Below, in pieces: positions 18,962 through 28,400 of a DNA stretch of 64,000 bases. Origin of the DNA: an uncultured Opitutia bacterium (GTDB lineage: Bacteria > Verrucomicrobiota > Verrucomicrobiia > Opitutales > Opitutaceae); assembly GCA_903861185.1 (NCBI GenBank), contig CAIOTK010000429.1, positions 4,099-68,098 of the forward strand. The letters are read 5' to 3'. How positions within the stretch are numbered: position 1 is the first letter of the stretch; every line of letters starts with the position of its first letter. The notes beneath the pieces are model-generated. The model did no database searches and was not told the DNA's origin. It saw only the letters and a list, made by a program, of their open reading frames with translations. Both the position numbers and the translations under genes were made by a program.

Positions 18962-20704
18962 ATGCGCCCCCCCCGCATTCTCGCCGTTGACGTCGGCGCC
19001 GGCCATGTCGCCTGCGGGGTTTTCTCCGTCGGCGCGTCGGGCAGGCTGGTGCTACAGCAGTTCGCGCTCGAGCCGCATAGCCCGGACCCCGCCCACGACA
19101 ACCGCTGGTCGCTTGAGGTGGCGCAGTCGCTCGGCGCCATCGTTGCCCGCCGCCGCCTCGGTGGTCTCGCCGCCCTCGCGGTCCCCGGCCACCTTGCGCT
19201 AACCAAGTTCATCAAGACCCCCTCCGTCGCGAAGGAGAAGCGGGGTCGGATCGTCGCCTTCGAGGCGGCGGAGAACATCCCCCACGCCCTCGAGGAGGTC
19301 GTCTGGGACCACGCGGTCATCGCGGACGACGGCTTCGATCTCGAGGTCCTGCTCACCGCCGTGAAGTTCGAGGCGATGCAGTCGCTCTGTGCGGCCGCCG
19401 ATGCCGCGGGGTTCCCGGTCGAGCGCGCCACGCCCGCCGGAGTGGCGCTGTATCACGCTTTCCGCCACACGCATCCGCAGCAGGCGGAGCCGGTGATCGT
19501 CGCGAACGTCGGCGCGCGCACGACCACCTTGCTCTTCGCGGAGGGGGACCGCTACTCGCTCCGCAGCCTCGGGCTGGCGGGCAACGCGGTGACTCAGGCG
19601 ATCGCCGACGAGCTGCGCATCGACTTCGCCTCGGCGGAGACGCTCAAGCTCCAAGTACTCACCGGTCAGACGGATCTGCCGGCCGCCTCGCCCTCGCGCG
19701 CCGCGGTGCAACGCGCGGCAGCCACATTCTGCTCCCGGCTCCAGCTCGAAATCACCCGGTCGGCCGTGAACCACCGGCGGCACACGGGCGCCAGTCCCGC
19801 TGTTGCCGTCTACCTCACGGGAGGCGGCTCCCTGCTCGCCGAGCTCCCCGCGGTTCTCGCCGAAAAGCTTCGGCTGCCGGTCGAGCGCCTGGAGGTCCTG
19901 CGCCAGGTCGACGTGGCCGCGGATGCTCGGGCGGGCGGTGCCGAGGCTTCCGCTGCGGTGCTGGCCGACCTCGTCGGCCTCGCCACCCGCCTGGTGAATC
20001 CCCGCGAGGAGGAGCCCAGCCTACTGCCCCCGGCGCTCACCCGGGCGCTCGCTTTCCGGAAACGCCAGCCAATGTTGCTCGCCGCCGCCGCTGCCGCGAC
20101 CCTCGCGTTTGCGCCCCCCGCTTACTATTACCATCACGTCACGCGCGGCCTGCAGGAGCAGATCTCCCGCTACGACGGCCAGTTGATGCCGCTCCGCTCG
20201 GTGCAGAACCGCAACGAGGGCAATCTCCGCCAGATTGCAGAGGCCGGTCGCCAGATCACCGCGCTCAAGGGCGCCTTCGAGACCAAGGCCAACTGGGTTA
20301 ACTTTTTGGCGAGTCTTCAGGAACGCTTGGTCCAGATCGAGGACGTCTGGCTTGACCGCCTACAGGTGCAACGCCCACCCGTTGAAGAAACGGCTGCGGT
20401 GGACGCCCCCCCGCCTCCCGAGGAGCCCACTCCGGACGGCCAAGCCCCCGCCCCCTCAGCCGTACCCCCGCCAGTGCCGGCGGGTCCCCCCGTCCGCCTC
20501 GCCTTGAGCGGCCGATTGCTCGACGTGAAGAACCCGCAGTCGAAGGTGAGCCCGGAATCGATCGAGCGCGTAAAGCGGCTCCTCGCAGGTTTCGCTGGTT
20601 CGCCGTTCGTGACCGCGGTGGAGAACGAGCGCTTCGACACCAGCCAGAACGGCATCCTGCGCTTTGATTTTACGCTCGTGATTAACCCCCGTCAGACTCT
20701 CTGA
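18962..20704 (+). CDS. pilM: PilM-like actin-fold ATPase fused to a TM + PilN-like periplasmic domain (Amuc_1101-like)
   Basis: ILAVDVGAGH, IPHALEEVVWD, ANVGARTT, VYLTGGGSLL (PilM/FtsA fold); then hydrophobic PMLLAAAAAATLAFAP, a coiled coil, and DVWLDRL...LALSGRL...LRFDFTLVINP. Confidence 0.82.
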   Translation: MRPPRILAVDVGAGHVACGVFSVGASGRLVLQQFALEPHSPDPAHDNRWSLEVAQSLGAIVARRRLGGLAALAVPGHLALTKFIKTPSVAKEKRGRIVAFEAAENIPHALEEVVWDHAVIADDGFDLEVLLTAVKFEAMQSLCAAADAAGFPVERATPAGVALYHAFRHTHPQQAEPVIVANVGARTTTLLFAEGDRYSLRSLGLAGNAVTQAIADELRIDFASAETLKLQVLTGQTDLPAASPSRAAVQRAAATFCSRLQLEITRSAVNHRRHTGASPAVAVYLTGGGSLLAELPAVLAEKLRLPVERLEVLRQVDVAADARAGGAEASAAVLADLVGLATRLVNPREEEPSLLPPALTRALAFRKRQPMLLAAAAAATLAFAPPAYYYHHVTRGLQEQISRYDGQLMPLRSVQNRNEGNLRQIAEAGRQITALKGAFETKANWVNFLASLQERLVQIEDVWLDRLQVQRPPVEETAAVDAPPPPEEPTPDGQAPAPSAVPPPVPAGPPVRLALSGRLLDVKNPQSKVSPESIERVKRLLAGFAGSPFVTAVENERFDTSQNGILRFDFTLVINPRQTL

Positions 20705-20715
20705 GCGGCCTCCCG

Positions 20716-21750
20716 ATGAACTGGTACCGTCACTATCCGGGATTCGCGATCGGCCTCACCGTCTGCGGGCTGGTCGCCGCGGGCGGGATCTCCCTCGGTG
20801 TCGAGCGCTGGATGGCCTCGCGAGCGGAGGCGACCCGCCTGCAGCAGCGACGGGCTGAACTTGAGGGGATGGGGCAGGTGAACCCTGCGCCGACGCGCGA
20901 GGTGGCGGCGGCGATTGAGGCGGACCTAGCCCGCGCCCAAGCCGCGCTGGCGGCGATGAAGTCGGAACTTTCCGGTCAGCCGGCCGCCGTCGAGAAGCTG
21001 CGGGCGGTCAAGGTCCCGGCCGCCCGCACGGACGCTTTCTTCGATCTCGCCACGTACGTGGAGCGGGTGAAGGAGGCCGCGGCGAAAGCCGGCGTCCAAC
21101 TCCGCCCCGAAGCGGCCCGGGCCGGTTTCGCACAGTACGCCAACGAAGGCCCCGAGACGGACCGGATCGAGCCGGTGTTCCGGCAACGCCAGCTGGCGGA
21201 GCATCTGCTGAACCTGCTGCTCGAGGCCCGGCCGGAAGCGATCGTCGCGCTCCGGCGGGAGCGCCCGCGGACCAAGGTCGAGCGTGAGGCGGAGGCTCAA
21301 GCGCTCGCCAATGGCCAGCCGCCCCCAGCCCCCGAGGGCGGCGACGGCCCGGACTTTTTCACGTTGGATCCCCGTGGTAGCGCGCGCGTGCCGGGCTTCG
21401 TGGAAACCAGCGCTTTCCGCCTCACCTTTCAGGGCGAAACGGCCGCGCTCCGACTTTTCCTCAACCGGCTCGCGGCCTTCGAGCTGCCGTTCCTCGTGCG
21501 GGAAATCGAAGTGGAGCCGGTGAGCGCCGAGGATGTCGCGGCGGATGCGCCCGCAGCCGCCCTCGCGCCGGTTGTCGCGTTGCCGAGCGCCGCGCCGGCC
21601 GCTCGCGACGCTGCGACGACCGCGACGAAGGCCCCCGCGCAAACCCCGCTGGTGCCGCGATCAACCTCCCGTTTCACCGTCACGGTCGAACACCTCGAGC
21701 TCCTCACCCCGCCGCCCGCCGAGGGCGGCGCGGAGGCGACCAACCCCTGA
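20716..21750 (+). CDS. PilO-like inner-membrane-anchored protein (Amuc_1100-like)
   Basis: N-terminal TM helix, coiled coil, then alpha/beta domain (AFRLTFQGETAALRLFLNRLA...PFLVREIEVE...FTVTVEHLEL). Sits between the PilM/N gene and the secretin. Confidence 0.65.
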   Translation: MNWYRHYPGFAIGLTVCGLVAAGGISLGVERWMASRAEATRLQQRRAELEGMGQVNPAPTREVAAAIEADLARAQAALAAMKSELSGQPAAVEKLRAVKVPAARTDAFFDLATYVERVKEAAAKAGVQLRPEAARAGFAQYANEGPETDRIEPVFRQRQLAEHLLNLLLEARPEAIVALRRERPRTKVEREAEAQALANGQPPPAPEGGDGPDFFTLDPRGSARVPGFVETSAFRLTFQGETAALRLFLNRLAAFELPFLVREIEVEPVSAEDVAADAPAAALAPVVALPSAAPAARDAATTATKAPAQTPLVPRSTSRFTVTVEHLELLTPPPAEGGAEATNP

Positions 21751-21767
21751 CCTGGTAACCCGTCCGT

Positions 21768-22640
21768 ATGGCCGCCCTCCCCAGCGAAAAGATTTATCTC
21801 GGACTCGCCCTGCTGGTCGTCGCCGGCTCCGCGGCTGGCTTCGGCGCGCTCGTCCTGCGCCAAGAGCGCGCGGACGCGTCTCCATTGCCCGCCGCGCAGT
21901 TGAATGAGGAGCCGTACGCGCCGAAGGCCGCCGTGGCACCGCCCGTTAAAGTGGAGGCTTGGGCCGCTCCCGCCCCGCAGACCCGCGGCCGTGACTGGGT
22001 CTACGATGCCTTCTCGCCGCCCGAGATTTACTACAACGGCCGCTCGCGACAGTTCTCGGTCAAGCCGCCCGCGAGTCTCGTCGAGGGCGATGCCGCCGAA
22101 CCTTTCGGGCTGGAACTGGTCGCGGTGCGTCCGGAGCCATTCCGGCTGCAGTTGATCGGTTATGTGGGCGCCGCCGGCAATTGGCGCGGGACATTCCAAA
22201 ACACCCGCACCGGAGAGGTTTTCCTCGCTGCTGCCGGGCGCCGGCTGCCGACCCTCGGCCTGACCATCCGGAGCCTCGACGTTGGGCCCCAGCCAGTGGC
22301 CGTAGCTGACAGTATGACCACCCGCCAGCGCGTCGCCTCCGCTGTGGTGCGCGATGAACAGGCCGGGCGCGACGTTACCCTGACGCATCGCGAGCGCGTT
22401 TACACCGGCACCCTCTTCGCCTTCGTGGCGGCGCCCGCCCAGTCCGCGACCCGCGAGGTGCGCATCGGCGATTCCTTCAAGCTGGGTGAGGCGAACTACC
22501 GGATCGAAAAGATCGAGGCGACCCCGCCTGCCGTCGAGGTGCTGAAGGAGGCTACGAGCCTGCCCCAGCCCGACCGCCGCATCCTGCTGCCGCGCGAACC
22601 CGAGGGCCCCGAGGAGGGGACTCCTGCGCCTACCTCCTGA
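21768..22640 (+). CDS. Membrane-anchored hypothetical protein (Amuc_1099-like position)
   Basis: N-terminal TM (IYLGLALLVVAGSAAGFGALVL), beta-rich periplasmic region, 17-nt and 29-nt gaps to its neighbours. Confidence 0.6.
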   Translation: MAALPSEKIYLGLALLVVAGSAAGFGALVLRQERADASPLPAAQLNEEPYAPKAAVAPPVKVEAWAAPAPQTRGRDWVYDAFSPPEIYYNGRSRQFSVKPPASLVEGDAAEPFGLELVAVRPEPFRLQLIGYVGAAGNWRGTFQNTRTGEVFLAAAGRRLPTLGLTIRSLDVGPQPVAVADSMTTRQRVASAVVRDEQAGRDVTLTHRERVYTGTLFAFVAAPAQSATREVRIGDSFKLGEANYRIEKIEATPPAVEVLKEATSLPQPDRRILLPREPEGPEEGTPAPTS

Positions 22641-22669
22641 CCCTTTCCCCGCCGACCCCTTCCTTTGCA

Positions 22670-25441
22670 ATGAATACCCGCTCCGTTCCCGTGTCCCTGT
22701 CCGTCGCGCTGGCCGCCGCCCTCTGCTGCTCGGCCCCCCTCGCGCGCGATGTCCGGGCACAAACCCCCACGGACACCAAGATTCGCCTGATGGCCGAAGC
22801 GCTCCGCGCGCGTGACGCGGGAGACCTGACGGCGGCCCAGGCGGCCCTAACGCGGCTCGCGGCGCTCAGCCCGGACGATCGCGCTGTGCAGCGACTCCGC
22901 GCCGAGGTCGAGGCGCAGGCGCGGACTCGGCCCGCTTCCGCCGCCGTCGCGGCAGCGCCCGCCCGCCCGGCCCCGGCGATGGTCGAGGTGCGGATCCCGG
23001 ATCCGGCCCAGCCGCCGGCGCCCCCCGCCCCGAGCCAAGAACAGGAAGCCGAGGCTCTGGCCCGGGCGGAGACCGCCCGCTTGGAGCAACTCGTCGCCAC
23101 CGCCCAGACCCAGCTTTCGACCGCCCGGACCCAGGCCCGCGGCGGCCGCTACGAAGAGGCGATCACCACCGTGGATGCCGCGCTCGCGGCGCTCCCCGCG
23201 AATCCGGTCACCCAGAAGGTCGCCGGTGACCTCCGGGCCGAGAAAGCCTCCGCGCTGCTCGACCGAGCCCAGGCCCTGGTCCGCGGCGGCGACATCGCCG
23301 GTTCCCGCGCCGCGATGATCGCTCACGACCAGCTCGCCAGCCCGAACGCCCGCGCCGCCGGGATCGAGCGCCAGATCGCCCGCGCCGAGACGCGCCCGCT
23401 GGCCGCCGGGGTCGATCCCGCCTTCGTTTCGGATCGCGCGGCGACGGCGCAGCTGATCGCCAAGGGCCGGGCCCAGTACGTGGCGGGTGACCTCGATGGC
23501 GCCCAAGAGACCTTTCGGGGCATCGAGGCGCAGGAACCCGACAATACGGTCGCGAAGGGGTTTCTGCTCCGGATCGCCGAGGAGAAGACCGAGATGGGCG
23601 CATTGAACCGCGAGAAGACCCGCGCCCAGCTGCTCGAGGAAGTCGCCAAGAGCTGGCAGCGGCCCGGGATTTACCAGGAGCGCCCCCGTGAAACGGATCG
23701 CGCCGCCGCCGTGGGCCCGCTCGCCCAGAAGTTGGCCCAGATCACCCTGCCAGCGGTCAGCTGGACGCGGGCCCCGATCGGCGACGTGGTTGCCGCTCTG
23801 AGCGCGATCTCCGAAGAGTTCGACACCACCGGCGCCTCGGGTGCTAAGGGCGTCAACGTCGTCCTGATCGACACCAGCAACAAGAATCCGCTCGTCACGC
23901 TCACCCTGCGCAACGCCACCCTGAAGCGTGTCCTCGACTTCGTTACGGAGGCGGTCGGCTATCAGTACGAGGTGCAGGCTGACGCGGTGGTGGTCCGCCC
24001 GGGCGGTGAGACCACGACGCTCGAGACTCAGTTCTTCCCGGTCACCCGGGCCACTGTGCTCCGGATGACCGGCATCGCCGGTGCGGCCTCCGCTAGCGCG
24101 TCCCGCGAGGGTGGGGCGGCGAGCGAGGGCGAGGCTGCCGCGCCTGGAGGCGAGGCAGCGGCGATGAAGGCCTTCCTGCAGCAGGCGGGCGTCAGCTTCA
24201 CGGTGGAGGGCAGCTCGCTGGCCTATGACGGCTCGGCGATCCTCGTCACCCAGACCGCGCGCAACAACGAGCGCATCCGCAATATCCTCGCCCGTTACAA
24301 CGACGTGCGCCAGGTCGAGATCGAAGCCAAGTTTATGGAGGTGCAGGAGGGCGCGCTCGAGGAGCTCGGCGTCACCTGGAACCTCAACCGCCGCGGCATC
24401 GCCCGGGTCAACCCGTCCACCGGCGCGCCGGTGCTCGACGTGAACGGCCGCCAAATCTTCGACCCGCAGGAGACCTACACCAGCGCCGGAGTCACGCGCC
24501 CCCTCGTCGGCGCCTTCCCCAGCACTTCGAACGCCAATGCCCTCGTGATCAAGGATCCGGCGATTTCGCTGTCGGAGACGGACCCGAACCAGACGCAGGG
24601 CCAGCTGCGGGTCCCGGTCTCGCCGACCGGTGTGCCCGGCAGCGTCCAGCTCGCGGCCACCGCCAACGCCCTCGCGAACATCGTGGGCTTCGTGGGTGAG
24701 TTCGACGTCAGCGCGGCGGTTCGCGCCCTCTCCCAGAAGCAGGGTACGGACCTGCTCAGCTCGCCCAAGTTGACGGTGCTCTCCGGCAACCCTGCCAACA
24801 TCACGGTCGCCCAGGAGCTGCGGTATCCGCAGAGCTACGGCGAAATCCAGAGCCAGGTCGGCACCGGCGCGGTTGCTGGTGGCGCGGCCGGCGTGACGAT
24901 TACCGCGGGCACGCCGCAGGAGTTTACCGCGCGCAATGTCGGCGTGGAGCTGAAAGTCACCCCGACCGTGGAGGAGGACGATTACAGCATCAGCCTCGAT
25001 CTGAACCCCCGCGTCACCGAATTCGAGGGCTTTGTCGAGTATGGCGGCCCGAGCGTGGCCATCTCGGGTACGACCACGGTTACGGTCCCCCCCGGTTTCT
25101 ACCAACCGATCTTCTCGGTCCGCGACATCTCGACCAAGGTGACGATTTGGGACGGGGCGACGCTCGTGATGGGCGGCCTGACCCGGGAGGAGGTCAAGAA
25201 GGTCAACGATAAGATCCCGTTCTTCGGGGACCTCCCGCTCGTGGGCCGGCTCTTCCGCTCGAAGGGCGAGAGCGCCCAGAAGCGTAACCTGCTCATCTTC
25301 GTGACCGCGAATCTGGTCAGCCCCGGCGGTTCGCCGAAGAAGCAGAACCTAAAGAGTACCCCGGCGAACTCGCTCTTCCAGAACCCGACGATCGTGACCC
25401 CGGCCAGCGCCGAGCCGCGCACCCGCAGCGGCGCGAAGTAA
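22670..25441 (+). CDS. Secretin (PilQ/GspD family) with N-terminal TPR-like extension (Amuc_1098-like)
   Basis: Signal peptide, helical TPR-like repeats, N-domain (LTLRNATLKRVLDFV), QVEIEAKFMEV, LLSSPKLTVLSG, RNVGVELKVTP, GATLVMGGL, KIPFFGDLPLVGRLFRS...KRNLLIFVTA. Confidence 0.93.
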   Translation: MNTRSVPVSLSVALAAALCCSAPLARDVRAQTPTDTKIRLMAEALRARDAGDLTAAQAALTRLAALSPDDRAVQRLRAEVEAQARTRPASAAVAAAPARPAPAMVEVRIPDPAQPPAPPAPSQEQEAEALARAETARLEQLVATAQTQLSTARTQARGGRYEEAITTVDAALAALPANPVTQKVAGDLRAEKASALLDRAQALVRGGDIAGSRAAMIAHDQLASPNARAAGIERQIARAETRPLAAGVDPAFVSDRAATAQLIAKGRAQYVAGDLDGAQETFRGIEAQEPDNTVAKGFLLRIAEEKTEMGALNREKTRAQLLEEVAKSWQRPGIYQERPRETDRAAAVGPLAQKLAQITLPAVSWTRAPIGDVVAALSAISEEFDTTGASGAKGVNVVLIDTSNKNPLVTLTLRNATLKRVLDFVTEAVGYQYEVQADAVVVRPGGETTTLETQFFPVTRATVLRMTGIAGAASASASREGGAASEGEAAAPGGEAAAMKAFLQQAGVSFTVEGSSLAYDGSAILVTQTARNNERIRNILARYNDVRQVEIEAKFMEVQEGALEELGVTWNLNRRGIARVNPSTGAPVLDVNGRQIFDPQETYTSAGVTRPLVGAFPSTSNANALVIKDPAISLSETDPNQTQGQLRVPVSPTGVPGSVQLAATANALANIVGFVGEFDVSAAVRALSQKQGTDLLSSPKLTVLSGNPANITVAQELRYPQSYGEIQSQVGTGAVAGGAAGVTITAGTPQEFTARNVGVELKVTPTVEEDDYSISLDLNPRVTEFEGFVEYGGPSVAISGTTTVTVPPGFYQPIFSVRDISTKVTIWDGATLVMGGLTREEVKKVNDKIPFFGDLPLVGRLFRSKGESAQKRNLLIFVTANLVSPGGSPKKQNLKSTPANSLFQNPTIVTPASAEPRTRSGAK

Positions 25442-25459
25442 ACCGCCCTGCCGACCGCC

Positions 25460-28400
25460 ATGCCTCCCTTCTTCCGCCGCGTCTCGTCGGTGCTGGCCGG
25501 CCTCGCCGCGCTGGCCGCCGTCCCCGGTGCACTCGGCACCCCGACGATCTCCTTCACCCCTGGTTCCTTCCCGGCGACGGGTTCGCCGGCCGGCGTGGTC
25601 AGCACCCCGGCCGGGCTGGTCATCAGCGTCAACGCCTCGCCCACCGCTTCGGCCTCCATCGTTGGAGTCGTCGTCTCCGTCAACGGGACCAACCTCGGGA
25701 CCGCCACCGGCTCCTCGCCGTTCACGGTGCCGTGGTTCCCGAGCGTTGCGGGAACCTATACGATCTCCGCCACGGTCACGGACACCTCTGCCAACGCCAC
25801 CGGCGCCGGGGCCTCGGTCAACAATGCCACCGCCAACAGCATTGTCACCTTGGGCGCGGCCCGCGCCGCCCAAGTGCTCGCGCCGGCGAGTGGCGCCTCG
25901 TTAGTGCTCGGTTCACGCGTCTTTCTTCGCTCCTCTGCGGCGCTCTCCGACGGGGTGGTACAGCAGGTCGAATTTGTCCTCGATGCTGGAACCCCCGGCG
26001 AGTCCGTCCTCGCGGCGGCCACCCAGCCGCCCTACAACGTTTCCTACTTGGTGGGTGGCCTTGCGCCCGGCGCGCATACCCTCACGGCCCGCGCGACGGC
26101 CAACACCGGCGGCGGTGCCACTCTCTTCGATTCCCCTGCGGTCAGCTTCAACGTCGTCTCCGCCGTTGGCGTGCCACCCACGGTCGCAATCACCGCACCG
26201 GTCGCCAGCGCGTTCCTCGCGACTAGCACGGCCGTCACCCTGACCGCCACCGCCTCCGACGCGGACGGTTTCATCCCGAGTTCCTCGGGCGGCGGTGTCA
26301 CCTTCTTCGCCGATGGCGAGCCGGTTGGGACCGACCTCACCGCACCGTATTCGGTCACGTGGACTCCGTCCGTCGCCAAGAGCTATTCGCTGGTCGCGCA
26401 GGCGGTCGATGACCGCGGTAACGTCGGCCAGTCCGCGCCGGTTACGGTCAGTGCCGTCGCCTCGCTACCCACGGTCACCGTCTCGGCGCCGGCCACCGCT
26501 ACCGCCGGCACCGCCGCCACGATTACCGCCGCCGCCACGGCCAGCACCGGCGCCACGGTCACGTCGGTTCAGTTCCTCGTGAACGGCGTCGCGCTGGGCG
26601 CAGCTTTGAACGCCCCGCCCTACAGCGTGGTGTGGACCCCTTCCGTTCTGGGCAGCAACGCGATCACGGCGCAGGTCACCGATTCCGTCGGGATTATCGC
26701 CACTTCCGCGTCCGCGAACGTCACGGTATCCACCGCGAGTGGCACCGCGGTCAGCCTGCTGGCCCCGATCAACGGCGCGACGCTGCCGCAGGGCTCACAG
26801 GTGTTCCTGCGCTCCACGGCGGCGATCGCCGGCAGCATCGTCAGCCGCGTGGATTACTACCTGGACGGGGTCGCGCTGCCCGGCGCCTCCGTGACCCAGG
26901 CCCCGTACAATGTCGCCTACACGGTGACGGCGCCCGCCGGCCCCCACACCCTGTTCGCCCGGGCGGTGGCCAGCGACGGCGCGACGGTGGATTCCTCCAC
27001 GGCCGCCATCACGGTCGTGCCGCCGGTGGGCGTCTCACCCACGGTTTCGCTGACCGCGCCGGCTTCCGGTTCGTTCGTGGCCACCGGTGCCTCGGTTTCG
27101 CTGACCGCGCTAGCGGCGGACGCCGACGGCTTCATCTCGCCGAACGCGGGCGGGGGCGTGACGTTTTTCGCCGACGGCGAGCCGATTGGCAGTGATCTCG
27201 TGGCGCCCTACGCCACCACCTGGACCCCGGCCGTGGCCAAGGCCTACTCGCTGCGGGCGCAGACCGTGGACGACAAGGGCAACCTGACGCTCTCCGCCCC
27301 GGTCACGGTGACCGCGCTCGCCGCTTTGCCCACCGTGTCGCTTGTCTCACCGCCGACGGTCGCCACCGTCGGAGCGCCGGTTACTTTGACCGCGACGGCC
27401 AACGCCAGCCCCGGTGCGACGGTGACTTCGGTGGTCTTCTTGGCTAACGGAACGCCGATTGGTGTGCCCGCGGCGGTCTCGCCCTACACGGTCTCGTGGA
27501 CCCCGGCCGCGAGCGGCGCCGTCTCGCTGACCGCACAGGTCACGGATTCCGCCGGCGCTGTCATCACCTCCTCGGCCTCCGCGGTCACCGTCGGTTCGGC
27601 GGCAGCCTCGGTCGCCCTGATCGCGCCGACGACCGGTTCGGTGGTCGCGGTGGGCACCCCGATCGATGTCAGCGCGACGGCCACCGCCTCGGCGCCCGGC
27701 GCCTCCGTGGCCAGCGTGCAGTTTCTCGCCGGGACCTCGGTCATCGGTACCGCCACGGTGCCGACCGGGGGTGTTTACTCCGTCAAGTGGACCCCGACGT
27801 CCGGCAACACGACGCTCACGGCGCGGGTCACTGATACCCTAGGGAGCACGGTCACTTCTACCGGCGTCACGGTCACCGGCGTCGCCCAGACGGCCGTGAC
27901 CCTGACCGCGCCGGCGAGCAATGCCTCGGCGACGCTTGGGGTGCCGTTCACGTTGACCGCCTCCGCCTCGGCTACTCCGGGTACCGTGGTGACTCAGGTG
28001 GAGTTTTTCGCTGGGGCGACCTCGCTTGGCGTGGTCCCCGCTACGCCCTTCACGCTGGCGTGGACTCCGGCCGCAGTCGGCACCTTCGCGATCAAGGCGC
28101 GGGTCACCGATTCCGCCGGCACCACCGCTGAATCCGCCTCCGTCAATGTCACGGTCGGGCAGTCTTCCTCGGCCTTCGTCGCCGTTACGAGCCCCGTTCC
28201 GGGCGCAGTCGTTACGGTCGGTGTACCCGCAGAGGTGACGGCCACGGCCACCGCGCCCACGGCGGGCGCCATCGTCAGTCAGGTGCAGTTCCTCGCCGGC
28301 ACCTCGGTGATCGGCACGGTGACGACCCCGTTGGGCGGGGTGTACTCGGTCAAATGGACCCCGACGGCGGGCAACACCACTCTCACCGCTCGCGTGACCG

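Noticed and set aside
22847-25105. Long antisense ORFs (e.g. 752 aa here, 719 aa at 29813-31972, 574 aa at 42373-44097, 599 aa at 4741-6540, 527 aa at 12059-13642)
   Set aside because: They lie opposite well-supported genes, have no recognisable motifs, and are expected from the scarcity of stop codons in high-GC codon usage.
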